From assembly GCF_006345805.1 (NCBI RefSeq), contig NC_043006.1, positions 14,136,001 to 14,200,000 of the forward strand: 64,000 bases of DNA. The letters run 5' to 3'. Shown piece after piece: positions 37,424-49,789 of the stretch. Below the pieces are notes generated by a model, which ran no database searches, was not told the origin of the DNA, and saw only the letters and a program-made list of their open reading frames with translations. Each line of letters starts with the position of its first letter. Position 1 is the first letter of the stretch. The stretch comes from Octopus sinensis. Its lineage: Eukaryota. Position numbers and translations under genes: made by a program.

Positions 37424-38965
37424 GGTATTAGTTAATGTTCTCTTAAAGTTTTTGGGCTTGTGCCAGAACCAGTAACCATTATTGAATTTCACACCAATTA
37501 AATATTCAGTCTCCAAAACATCTTTGACAAGGCTAACAATGCGAGCGAGTTAGAATTTTTGACAGACGTGTACTTAGATGCTATCTACAGGCAAAGTTAA
37601 ATCATCCAAAACTTTCAGGACATATACAAAGAGATAATCAATTCTAGCACTGCGGCAAATTCAAGTGGCACAAAAACGACTGTATTTCAATTCGTATTCA
37701 ACAGTACCCTGTATTCCATTTATGCTAACCTGTTGATATTGCATCACATTTTCCTAACAGTATCAATAGCACAGTTATAGCACGACTCTTTTACCAGTTC
37801 TAGTACATAATGGTCTACCGGCATTCTTCAATTAGCGATGGCTTAAAGGTGTGACACAAAAACCTTCCATTTATTCTGCGGCTATAGAAAGAGCGCTAGC
37901 AAAGTTAAGCAGATGTTATTGGTATCTTCATATAGTTAATGTTTCCATGTTTCTTTTAGGTACCATTATAGTTTGAATCAGTGCATACCATACGTTTGCC
38001 GTTAAAACGTTAATTAAGAAAGGTGAATTTGAAAGGTTTTCTTCCTTTTTTTTGCTGTTCTCTGTATCACCTGAGTTAGTTTTTATTTTCCATTGAAAGT
38101 CAGTTGATTACTGGAGAGCTAGATTAACTTCGCAACAATGAAACTTGGACAAAAGAAGCTATTACGTTTACTATTATAGTTAAATTTTTTAAGATGCTTC
38201 GTTTTGTTTTCATTTCACATTTAAAATTAAAAATAATTCAATGACACGTATTTTATTGTTTTCATTTTAAATATGAGAAAGATTTTTCAACATGCTGTAA
38301 AACTTGGCTTTTATGTGTTTTGATTTTAAAAACAAAATAACAAACCTGTGTTTCTTTAAAACTGTGAATTCCTTGTGTTTTGGCATTGTGTTCCACGTGT
38401 TTTCTTTTTAAATGAAGAACAAATATATAGCATGAATTTTAAAATTCTCCTAACAAGGTTTTTAGTGTACTCGTTTCCATTAGCTTTAGGACTACGTTCC
38501 TATGTGTATCAGTGCAAGCTCCAAAATTAACTCACTACCTGTGTATATATAAAAGCGTGTGTGTGTGCATTTGTGCAACGTAATTTACTCTAGATCGATA
38601 AATTATCATGGTAACTCATACCTTTCTCAGTCAAATTAAACTTAACCTCTACAATCTAAAAAGAAGTAAAATAAACTAATCGAGGATCCTTAACAATTTC
38701 AGAATCAAATGTCTAACTTAAGAACCAGTAAAGAAAATACTACTAAAATCTACAGATAAATACCACAAATATCAGAATCCAGTATTAAAACCCATCAACA
38801 ACCATACCTATAAATATATGTAGTCAAATCAATGAGATAACCGTAGAAACATAAATAACTAAGGAATACTTAGCAATTTATATACATACATACATGCGTA
38901 CAAACATTCGTATATATATATATAATTAAAATGAGGTAAAGAGAAATCAAAAGAATTGATGTTAC

Positions 38966-39382
38966 GGATCTTTTCGGTTTGAACGGCAGCTTTTTCTAGC
39001 GGTGTCATATGAAATTGTCACCCATAATTATGACCCTAGTATCGATCTATTGCATTTCAATCTGTTTTAGGGTTAGGGTTAGGGTTAGGGGTGAGGAGAA
39101 GGGTATCTTTTTTTGTTCACAAGTGTAAATAAACCCAATCTGTTTCTTAAACGAGGGACATATTCATACGGCACAGAATGTTTTCACCTTAATAGACGTC
39201 ATTGATTGGTTGAAATTGCAGAAATTGAAGAAAAAACAAATATCTTACAAACTGTAGAATTTTCTCAATAAAGCCAAGAAAAAACGATGTTTTATAAACA
39301 CATTCTACCTGTATACGAAGTTTAAAATTTTTTAGTTACGTGGAAATTATTTAAAAAACTGCCGGTCAAACCGAAAAGATCC
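38966..39382. mobile_element. MITE with ~28-bp TIRs and internal (TTAGGG)4
   Basis: ggatcttttcggtttgaacggcag / ctgccggtcaaaccgaaaagatcc; homologous to 53120-53533. Confidence 0.9.
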
Positions 39383-40132
39383 GATCTTACGATCATTTCA
39401 GCAAACGTACATTTTGTACCACATATATATAGGGCATGTAATAAGTACACTATATGTAATAACCAATATTACGTTTATTATAGTTGTCTAAAATTCCAAG
39501 AGTCAGAAAAACGCAATCATATATTGGTTAATAGAGCGGACATATTATTGATAAAATACAATATTATTTTCTCATGACAGCCACTCAACCAACCGGTTTC
39601 ATACCAGTTGAGAAGAACTTAGTAATCATTAGAGAAGGCTGATAGAATTTTAGTTATAATAATTGTTTCAATTTTTTGGCACAAGGCCAGCAGTTCTAGA
39701 GAGAAGGGGATTAGTCGATTACATCGATCTCAGTACTCAGCTGGTACTTGTTTTATCGACCTAGAACGGATGAAAGGTAAAGTCGTCTTTGGTGGATTAT
39801 GAACTCGGAATGGAATGAGTTGGAAGAAATGCCGCTTAGCATTTTGCCAGTTGCGCTCCCGACTGAACCAGCTCACCGTCTTAATAGTAACACTAGTCCT
39901 TTCTACTATGGACACAAGGCCCGACATTTTGGGGGAGAAGGTTGGTCGATTACATCGACTGCAGTTCTAAACTGGTTCTTATTTCCTCGACCCGAAAGAA
40001 TGAAAGGCAGAGTGAACATCGGCAAAATATGAATTCAAAACGTACAGCCGGAAGAAATGCCGTTCAGCATTTTGTCCGGCATAGTAATGATTCTGTGAGC
40101 TCGCCGACCTCTTAATAGTAATAATAATAATA

Positions 40133-40300
40133 ACATGTGGTTGGTAAGCTTGCTTACCATCCACAAGATTCCGGGTTGAGTCACACTGCGTGGCACCTTG
40201 TGCAAGAGTCTTCTATTGTAGCGCCGAGCCGACCAAAGCCTTGTGAGTGGATTTGGTAGACGGAAACTGAAAGAAGCCCGTCGTATATATATAGAGAAAA

Positions 40301-40355
<55 letters not shown>

Positions 40356-40575
40356 TGTATGTAAATGTTTGTGTGTCTGTGTTTGTCCCCGCCAACATCG
40401 TTTGACAACCGATGCTGGTGTTTTTACGTCCCCGTAACCTAGCGGTTCGGCAAAGAGACCGATAGAATAAGTACTAGGCTTACAAAGAATAAGTCCTGGG
40501 GTCGATTTGCCCGACTAAGGGCGGTGCTCGAGCATGGCCGCAGCCAAATGACTGAAACAAATAAAAGAGTAAAAT
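40133..40575 (+). mobile_element. SINE family B with internal (GATA)n
   Basis: Family match. Confidence 0.82.
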
Positions 40576-40614
40576 ACACATACGCACACATACATACATA
40601 CATACATACATACA

Positions 40615-40647
<33 letters not shown>

Positions 40648-41489
40648 GTACGTATGTATGCATGTATATTTGAATGTATGTATGTACACGTGTGTGTATG
40701 TGCATACTATTTCTTTTTAGAAACTTCGTGAGATAGGAAATTAACTGGATAAAACTATAAATTTTGTTAAATTTTGTCACGGGGCCAGCAGTTTTTGACG
40801 GAAAGAAATTAGTCGATTACATCGACACCAGTACTTGGCTGTACTTAACTACTCCGAAAGGATGGAAAGCAATATCGATCTTGATGTAATTTGAGCTCGC
40901 AACGTAAAGACGGACAAAATTCCATTAAGCGTTTTGCAGATAAAACTATAAATAAATGCATGTAGAATATTGGGTTTTAGCAAAAATCGTTGGATAGAAA
41001 AGAAAGTCGAAGACTACTGATGGGATTTGAACCTGCATCTTCTATGAAGAGGAGAGATGTACTATCTTCCACATCCACCGTTAAAACGATTTGTTTCCAC
41101 TCTCAGTTGCTAATAAATAAAGAAATAAATCTTATAACTGAGCTACTGATGTATTTTACATAAGCACAGGCGTGACTGAGTAGTTAAGAAATATGCTTCC
41201 AAACATACTCCAAACCTTGTGGTCTTGAGCTCGGTCCTACTGCGTGTCACCTTGGGCAAGTGTTTACTACTATATTTTCGGACCGACTAAGCCATCGTGA
41301 GTGGATTTCGTAGACGGAAACAGAAAGTAGCCGTCGTGTGTGTACGTATATATTTTATTTGTTTCAATCATCAGGATGCGGCCATGCTGGGGCACCGCCT
41401 TGAAGAATTTTTCGGAACTTGTGAATACATTGAAGAGGGTGGACAAATCTCCTTTAAAAACAATGATATTTTCAAAGTTAATGCAAACA

Positions 41490-41800
41490 TGAAATGCAAA
41501 AAAAAAAGAAGAAATTGATTTACTGTGCAACTTGCCTACAATGTAAAGGATACTACATTGGTGAAACCGGAACAGGACTGCATGATAGAGTTCGTGTTCA
41601 TAAACAACAAATTAGATACCCCTCTGTCAGAAACACCACTTGCAGTGATCACTTCACGTCATGTAGAAAGAGAAAATTCACAATCTTCCCCTTCTTTAAG
41701 TTATGGTCAGACAATGAACATTCAACGAACTTCTATCATAAGAAAGTATAAACCACAACTAAACACACAAAAAATTATATTCTACACACACCTCCAATAA
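41490..41800 (+). mobile_element. Penelope-like GIY-YIG fragment
   Basis: LIYCATCLQCKGYYIGETGTGLHDRVRVH..CSDHFTSC..IIRKYKPQLN (frameshifted). Confidence 0.8.
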
Positions 41801-41944
41801 AGGGATTCTCCAAATAGAAGTGGATGACACCCAGACATTTAATCATTCTAGGTACGCTAACGTTTCACTAATCCCCCTCCACCCCCAATGCGCATGCAAA
41901 CTTAAATACTTGAGTAGTGTAGATGCGTATATATATATATATAT

Positions 41945-42300
41945 ATAATTAAAATCTTAGGGTAGCAAAAATATTTATCGAAAAATTCTTAGTTACCAGT
42001 GGTCTAGCGAGAACGAAAAAATTAGTCAATAGACTATATATTATTCAAAGAAGAATACAGTGTACGTTCAAACACAAAATAGATACCCGAAGAATAGGAT
42101 AGCTGACTCGCTAGAAAGAGCAGTTAAAACTCCAAGCCACCAATTGTTGTAATTCCGAAAGTGATTGGAAAATAAAAACTTTTACCTTAATCCTAGACCC
42201 TGCAAGGTTTCTGCAGACTTAAATACAGATTGAAATTAAAATAATTTCAGCCTATATCTGGCGCTACTTGTTCAGTAGGATGCCAGGACTGAACACATAG
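41945..42300 (-). mobile_element. Diverged monomer of the 491-bp HHR element family, flanked by (TA)n on both sides
   Basis: Aligns by eye with the unit (tagggtagcaaaaa vs tagggaggcaaaaa; ccagtggtctag vs ccagcggcctag; taattccg..aaaa..tttacc); HHR at 42190-42281. Confidence 0.75.
42190..42281 (-). ncRNA. Type I hammerhead motif with long stem II (diverged)
   Basis: Minus strand atccta-CTGAACA-a-gtag...ctgc-a-GAAA-cct tgca ggg-TC-taggat. Confidence 0.7.
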
Positions 42301-42303
42301 GCA

Positions 42304-42334
<31 letters not shown>

Positions 42335-42559
42335 AGGTATATGTTAATGTATATATGAGTATATGTGTGTTTACATGCGTGTATATATGTATGTGTATAT
42401 GTACGTTAATGTGTGTGCATGTATATGTATGCACATGTGTGTATGTACGTGAAACCTGCTTAAGAGTGTTTTATGAAGGGCTTGTGAAAGTGTCCTCCTG
42501 GTGGATCCATTTGAACAGTTGACCTTTACGACAGGAGAGTCCACCATACATACATGCAT

Positions 42560-42772
42560 TGTTGTTGTTTGTTCCCACCTGGGGGACGTCGCAGGTGAGC
42601 TGCAAGAGGAAAGGGTGAGAGAAAGTTGTGGCGAAAGAGTCAGCAGAAGTTCGCCATCACCTTCTGCCGGAGCCGCGTGGAACTTCGCTCATAAACACAC
42701 ACATCTGAGATTCGAACCCGCTATCCTTCGACCGCAAGTCCGCTGCTCTAACCACTAGGCCATGTGCCTCCA
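42560..42772 (-). mobile_element. Diverged SINE family C
   Basis: Reverse complement of the C head and ctttctc..ctcttt segment. Confidence 0.7.
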
Positions 42773-43451
42773 CACACACACATACATACATGCATACATA
42801 CAAATATATATCTATACCGAATCTATCTCTATATATATATATATATAATGTAGGTAAGATAAAATCCAAGTTATGTCCTCTCGTATTTATTCTACTTATT
42901 CTACTTATTCTACTTATTCTACTTATTCCAGGATATAATTATCGTTGTTATATTGATGTGAGGTACATATTAGTGCTGAAAATTCTGGAAATAAGTCATG
43001 CTGAGTTATTATAAAGCAAAAACGAAAGCTGGAAAATTTTTTGATATTCTTTATCTACCATTACACGCTTCGTTTGTTAATAAGAATAACAATGTTGTAC
43101 ATATTGGATAAATACGTAAGAAATCTCTTATGAGAAATTCTTCAGACAAAGAATCTGAAGAATCACCCATTGGAAATTTCTTACATATTCATTCGTTTGT
43201 TTACGTATTTCATGTTATATGCTCTGTTGGTGATGGCCTGTTTCAGTTCTTTGACTGCGGAATTCCTGGAGCACCGCCGCCTTTAGTCGAGCAAATCTAA
43301 CCAGGACTTATTCTTTGTAAGCATAGTACTTATTCTATCGGTCTCTTTTGCCGAACCGCTAAGTTACCGGGAAGTAAACACAACAGCATCGGTTGTCAAA
43401 CGATGTTGGGGGGAGAAACACAGACACAGAAACACACATACAAACACACAC

Positions 43452-43598
<147 letters not shown>

Positions 43599-43612
43599 AG
43601 ATAGATAGATAT

Positions 43613-43685
<73 letters not shown>

Positions 43686-43851
43686 TATATATATATATAG
43701 ATATATATATATATATATATATATATAACACAATCAAGGAACGGCCATAATAGGCCATTCACCCACTAGAAATAACAGCCAAAAAGCTTCAACCGCAAAA
43801 TAACATTAATTCCGTAAACCAGGAGAAAATTAAAAAACATTTACCCTGAAA

Positions 43852-43956
43852 TTCCTTATACGATGCACCGTTTCGTCTACTGTTTAATGGTAAACTAACC
43901 TGATTAAATTAAATCAAGCCAATCTACCATAGGCCCTTAGATTCATCAGTAAGGAA
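43852..43956 (-). ncRNA. Type I hammerhead ribozyme, array copy 1
   Basis: Reverse complement of 45001-45105. Confidence 0.82.
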
Positions 43957-44342
43957 TAGCCAAATCGGAACAGATATTTTTCACGAGGCATTCTCGTCCA
44001 TGCCTCGCCAATATCTGACCTAAAATTTTCAAATCGTCGCACTCGCGCCAAATTTATCGGCAGCAAATAAATATAAGCCGCCGATTCCATTACGGAACCA
44101 ACCAGAAAATTCATAATTAATCAATATAGGGAGGCAAAAAAATTTTGTAGAATTCTTTTGCCCCCAGCGGCCTAGTGGGAAAAAATTAAATAGTCATAAA
44201 CCATTTTTAAGTTCAATATCACAATCAAGGAACGGCCATAATAGGCCATTCACCCACTAGAAATAACAGCCAAAAAGCTTCAACCGCAAAATAACATTAA
44301 TTCCGTAAACCAGGAGAAAATTAAAAAACATTTACCCTGAAA

Positions 44343-44447
44343 TTCCTTATACGATGCACCGTTTCGTCTACTGTTTAATGGTAAACTAACCTGATTAAAT
44401 TAAATCAAGCCAATCTACCATAGGCCCTTAGATTCATCAGTAAGGAA
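44343..44447 (-). ncRNA. Type I hammerhead ribozyme, array copy 2
   Basis: Reverse complement of 45001-45105. Confidence 0.82.
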
Positions 44448-45000
44448 TAGCCAAATCGGAACAGATATTTTTCACGGGGCATTCTCGTCCATGCCTCGCC
44501 AATATCTGACCTAAAATTTTCAAATCGTCGCACTCGCGCCAAATTTATCGGCAGCAAATAAATATAAGCCGCCGATTCCATTACGGAACCAACCAGAAAA
44601 TTCATAATTAATCAATATAGGGAGGCAAAAAAATTTTGTAGAATTCTTTTGCCCCCAGCGGCCTAGTGGGAAAAAATTAAATAGTCATAAACCATTTTTA
44701 AGTTCAATATCACAATCAAGGAACGGCCATAATAGGCCATTCACCCACTAGAAATAACAGCCAAAAAGCTTCAACCGCAAAATAACATTAATTCCGTAAA
44801 TCAGGAGAAAATTAAAAAACATTTACCCTATATTGATTAATTATGAATTTTCTGGTTGGTTCCGTAATGGAATCGGCGGCTTATATTTATTTGCTGCCGA
44901 TAAATTTGGCGCGAGTGCGACGATTTGAAAATTTTAGGTCAGATATTGGCGAGGCATGGACGAGAATGCCTCGTGAAAAATATCTGTTCCGATTTGGCTA

Positions 45001-45105
45001 TTCCTTACTGATGAATCTAAGGGCCTATGGTAGATTGGCTTGATTTAATTTAATCAGGTTAGTTTACCATTAAACAGTAGACGAAACGGTGCATCGTATA
45101 AGGAA
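45001..45105 (+). ncRNA. Type I hammerhead ribozyme, array copy 3
   Basis: Stem I ttcctta/taaggaa; CTGATGA 45008-45014; long stem II 45016-45081; GAAA 45083-45086; stem III acgg-tgca-tcgt; GUA site, predicted cut after 45098. Confidence 0.85.
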
Positions 45106-45491
45106 TTTCAGGGTAAATGTTTTTTAATTTTCTCCTGGTTTACGGAATTAATGTTATTTTGCGGTTGAAGCTTTTTGGCTGTTATTTCTAGTGGGTGAAT
45201 GGCCTATTATGGCCGTTCCTTGATTGTGATATTGAACTTAAAAATGGTTTATGACTATTTAATTTTTTCCCACTAGGCCGCTGGGGGCAAAAGAATTCTA
45301 CAAAATTTTTTTGCCTCCCTATATTGATTAATTATGAATTTTCTGGTTGGTTCCGTAATGGAATCGGCGGCTTATATTTATTTGCTGCCGATAAATTTGG
45401 CGCGAGTGCGACGATTTGAAAATTTTAGGTCAGATATTGGCGAGGCATGGACGAGAATGCCTCGTGAAAAATATCTGTTCCGATTTGGCTA

Positions 45492-45596
45492 TTCCTTACT
45501 GATGAATCTAAGGGCCTATGGTAGATTGGCTTGATTTAATTTAATCAGGTTAGTTTACCATTAAACAGTAGACGAAACGGTGCATCGTACAAGGAA
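45492..45596 (+). ncRNA. Type I hammerhead ribozyme, array copy 4
   Basis: As copy 3, but t>c at 45590 breaks the first stem I pair. Confidence 0.8.
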
Positions 45597-45982
45597 TTTC
45601 AGGGTAAATGTTTTTTAATTTTCTCCTGGTTTACGGAATTAATGTTATTTTGCGGTTGAAGCTTTTTGGCTGTTATTTCTAGTGGGTGAATGGCCTATTA
45701 TGGCCGTTCCTTGATTGTGATATTGAACTTAAAAATGGTTTATGACTATTTAATTTTTTCCCACTAGGCCGCTGGGGGCAAAAGAATTCTACAAAATTTT
45801 TTTGCCTCCCTATATTGATTAATTATGAATTTTCTGGTTGGTTCCGTAATGGAATCGGCGGCTTATATTTATTTGCTGCCGATAAATTTGGCGCGAGTGC
45901 GACGATTTGAAAATTTTAGGTCAGATATTGGCGAGGCATGGACGAGAATGCCTCGTGAAAAATATCTGTTCCGATTTGGCTA

Positions 45983-46087
45983 TTCCTTACTGATGAATCT
46001 AAGGGCCTATGGTAGATTGGCTTGATTTAATTTAATCAGGTTAGTTTACCATTAAACAGTAGACGAAACGGTGCATCGTATAAGGAA
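45983..46087 (+). ncRNA. Type I hammerhead ribozyme, array copy 5
   Basis: Identical to copy 3. Confidence 0.82.
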
Positions 46088-46312
46088 TTTCAGGGTAAAT
46101 GTTTTTTAATTTTCTCCTGGTTTACGGAATTAATGTTATTTTGCGGTTGAAGCTTTTTGGCTGTTATTTCTAGTGGGTGAATGGCCTATTATGGCCGTTC
46201 CTTGATTGTGATATTGAACTTAAAAATGGTTTATGACTATTTAATTTTTTCCCACTAGGCCGCTGGGGGCAAAAGAATTCTACAAAATTTTTTTGCCTCC
46301 CTATATTGATTG

Positions 46313-46364
<52 letters not shown>

Positions 46365-46532
46365 TACGACGGGCTTCTTTCAGTTTCCGTCTACTAAATC
46401 CACTCACAAGGTTTTGGTCGGCCTGAGGCTATAGTAGAAGACACCTGCCCAAGGTGCCACGCAGTGGGACTGAACCTGGAACCATGCGGTTGGTAAGCAA
46501 GCTACTTACCACACAGCCACAAATACACATTT

Positions 46533-46563
<31 letters not shown>

Positions 46564-46579
46564 GTATATATATATATAG

Positions 46580-46611
<32 letters not shown>

Positions 46612-46683
46612 TATATATATGCATATATATATATATATATATATAATATATATGCATATATATACATGTATGTATATATATAT

Positions 46684-46737
<54 letters not shown>

Positions 46738-48344
46738 GTTTATATACATATATATATATATATATTATATATTATATATATATTAATAAATAAAATAAAA
46801 CATATGCATATATATAAACATATATGTACGTACCTACCTCTACATGTACATATACACGCATATATGAATACAGGACACACAGAGATTATCTTATTGAACT
46901 AGTTACAATTTAACATAATTAGAATCCGAATATATCTCAAAGGAAGAAAAGATTTCCGGAAAATATCATTCTTGTTGCTATTTCTGTCATTTCAGAGAAG
47001 CATATATCCATCGGTCACTTCAACAATGGTTCTCACGCATCCTGTTTTATTTAATAATAGTCGCCACTCGTTCATAAATGCCAATTTTATCATCTTAAGT
47101 ATCCAGACACGTTTGAAGATACTTTGTAAATAAAGCAATCAGATTATGTGGCTTCCATGTTTTGAGACATCCGGAACAAAGTCCGTTGATGATTGACAAG
47201 TCAAAGATCTCAGTCTATTTGGCGTCGTAATTTGTGGTTCTTTATTTGGCTTTATCGTTCGAAGGATCGAGAAGGCACCGTTTTTTGTTTATTTTGTTTT
47301 TTCTAGCTGTTCTTAATACAATAGTTTGTTTTAATCAAGCCTTGTCCTACATACGATATGCTTGTAAAATTGGGTTCATCAGATTTTGAGCATTAAGTAT
47401 GTTCATGCAGAACTGATGTGAGCGCATAAAGTACGAAGAAACCAGATTTTTATTTCAAAGAACCCCGTACCAAAAAAAAAACTAGCAACAAAAACAGAAG
47501 AGAAGATGAAACGGGTGGTATTTCGATCTTATTGGTCCAATTAACCTTAAACTGAAAATCAATACGCTTTCGCTGGATTGGGAAGTTGGGAAAGAAAATA
47601 GATTTGTTACTTGCAACAAACCAAGGTTTACTGAAACAAGTGCTGACAGAATGAGGCCGGCTGTACAGAAACGCCATAGTATATTTAGATATGGTTCCTT
47701 AAGTGAATTCTCCGTCAGTTTCGACGATATTCATTCAGTTAACCAACGGAATCCCTTCCTATTGAAGAAATTAGCGTGTAGGTGGGTGAGTATTTCACAG
47801 ACACGTGTACCCTGAACGCAATTCTGAAGTCTGTAATTCAAAGTCCGGTTTTGTTACACAATTACAAGCCTGGACCTTTGATTAGAGGTAGAATCCAGAG
47901 GGAACGAGAGAGGGGAATAGAGGAACTTAGGGCTGGACTGGTACTTTATTTCCTTGATCCCCGAAAGGAGGAAAAGCAAAGTTGACATCTGCAGAATGAA
48001 CCATCTGCACAGAGAACCGAAAAAGACATTCTACCTGGTCTAACAGCTCTTTCAATTAATCACATTTGTGGTCAGTTTATATGTATCTTGACCAACGGGC
48101 ATCTAACGACTTTACCAATTTTTTTTTGTTTGTAATGAATTTCTCTAGTAGAATAGAAAAAAATAAAATCAATTTAGCAAATAAATAAAAGAAAATAGGT
48201 TCATATTCACTGGTACCAACATTTTTCATTAATAACATATATTGTAGCGAGGCTTCAGCTCAGTTTTGATCCCTCTCACTCAGCTCCCCAATTTAGGACT
48301 ACAGCCTAATTATAATGCATAAAAGGTAAGATCAGTTACGAGGA

Positions 48345-49151
48345 ATTAACTGTATCGTCATAAAAGACAACGCATAACGCCAACATGACCGTGTCTTGAC
48401 TAATCAAATAGGTTAAGTTATCAGTTAAGCAGTAGACTTAAAGAAAATTTTGAGAATTTTCCCGCCAAATAACTCTGCCGAATATTCTAGAAGCTTGACT
48501 AAATTTTATAAAAAGCTAGTATGTTGAACTCCCGAACAGAACAACCTCAAGAGCTACACAGAACTCTGTCGGTCAGTTTTATGACAAGGTATTCCCATTT
48601 TTTCCTAAATTTTTCTGTCTACAATAACCACGAAGGTTTTTCATATGACTAAAATATTTTATACAATAAAGATTTTAACTGTCACGTTCATCATCTCGTG
48701 TATACTGTTTGCTGTTTTATTCAAATGATTGCTGTACTTATGTAAATGCAAATGTGCCGAGTAATAAAAGAAATATGGAAACTTATATAAATATTAATTT
48801 GGTCATTCTCACCTTCACATACAGCCAACATAATATTGCGTAGTAATAACAACGATTTAATGACTTAGCCCACTAAAATATGAACAAATCAGCGATTTCT
48901 CTTTGTCATGAGTAGGAAACCCTTCAACCTTGAGGTCGTTCTGTTCGGGAGTTCAATATACTAGCTTTTTATAAAATTTAGTCAAGCTTCTAGAAAATTC
49001 GGCAGAATCATTTGATGGGAAAATTCTCAAACCCTTCAACCGTGAGTGACATTTCGTCTGCATCCAAAATTTGAAAGTGGTCACTGATAATATCTCTACA
49101 ACTCCATGCGCATAAATAATCATTGTTTAATCTTTAAAGCCAAAATATTGA
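48345..49151. repeat. Segment with ~100-bp internal inverted repeat, duplicated in deleted form at 50367-50694
   Basis: 48450-48551 is the inverse of 48929-49030; both flanks are shared with the 50.4-kb copy. Confidence 0.85.
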
Positions 49152-49329
49152 CTTCATACAAATTACATAACTATGGATTTGCAAAAAAAAAATAATGATA
49201 TTTATAATATTAATAATGATAATTATAGCTATCTGTGTACCATACTTAATGTATATATACCATTGAAAGACATTATGTTATGCCTTTTTCCTGAGAGAAA
49301 ATAATTTGTCTAAGAGAAAATTTCTTCAT

Positions 49330-49500
49330 AGACATCATCATCATTTCCCGCTATCTCCGCTTGCAGCAGAATGCGTCCTAACATTCAGAGAAACCATATC
49401 AAGATCTGTCCATACTGTGATGTTATCTGTCCATCTCTTAGGTTGCCGACCTCTGTTTTCCTTTCCATTAATCATGCCTTCCAAACAGATCTTGGGTATG
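49330..49500 (-). mobile_element. RTE-type LINE 3' end fragment
   Basis: Minus strand LEGMINGKENRGRQPKRWTDNITVWT followed by (atg)n. Confidence 0.65.
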
Positions 49501-49789
49501 ACAATAAACTGCATCCGCCGGTGAGGCTCCGGTTTGAGAGTTCTGGGGTTGTGGGGAGCGTGGAGTCATCTCTTAATTACCATTATTCCCAGGTCCATTC
49601 AGATTCGGAACGGTAGTACCTAAAATCTTTTTGTAAGGATAGATTGAGCTCCTTAGCTGCTGTGAAAGCAATCAAAGAGAAGAAAAACTCAAAAATTAAG
49701 ACCCTTCTTCCAACATGCCGTAAGCCAGTACAGAAGATTATGAGTGATGAAACTAACACGAGATACCGTTCTATATTTAAGAAATGAGC

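Larger units (their letters stand above)
43729..46311. mobile_element. Head-to-head tandem arrays of a 491-bp hammerhead-bearing non-coding unit (retrozyme-like or PLE-dependent element)
   Basis: Left arm period 491 (acaatcaagg at 43730, 44221, 44712); right arm inverted, period 491 (ccctatattg at 44826, 45317, 45808, 46299); three substitutions seen (44477, 44801, 45590); (TA)n on both sides. Confidence 0.9.

Noticed and set aside
37480-37900. Possible hAT transposase C-terminal remnant
   Set aside because: Only faint similarity (LTVSIA...SF); too degraded to call.
43729-46311. Helitron tandem array, or a coding role for the 66-aa ORF (MNFLVGSV...)
   Set aside because: The subterminal hairpin is suggestive but there is no 5' TC or 3' CTRR; the ORF has no motif I recognise and overlaps the structured RNA; it was not checked for conservation in the diverged copies.
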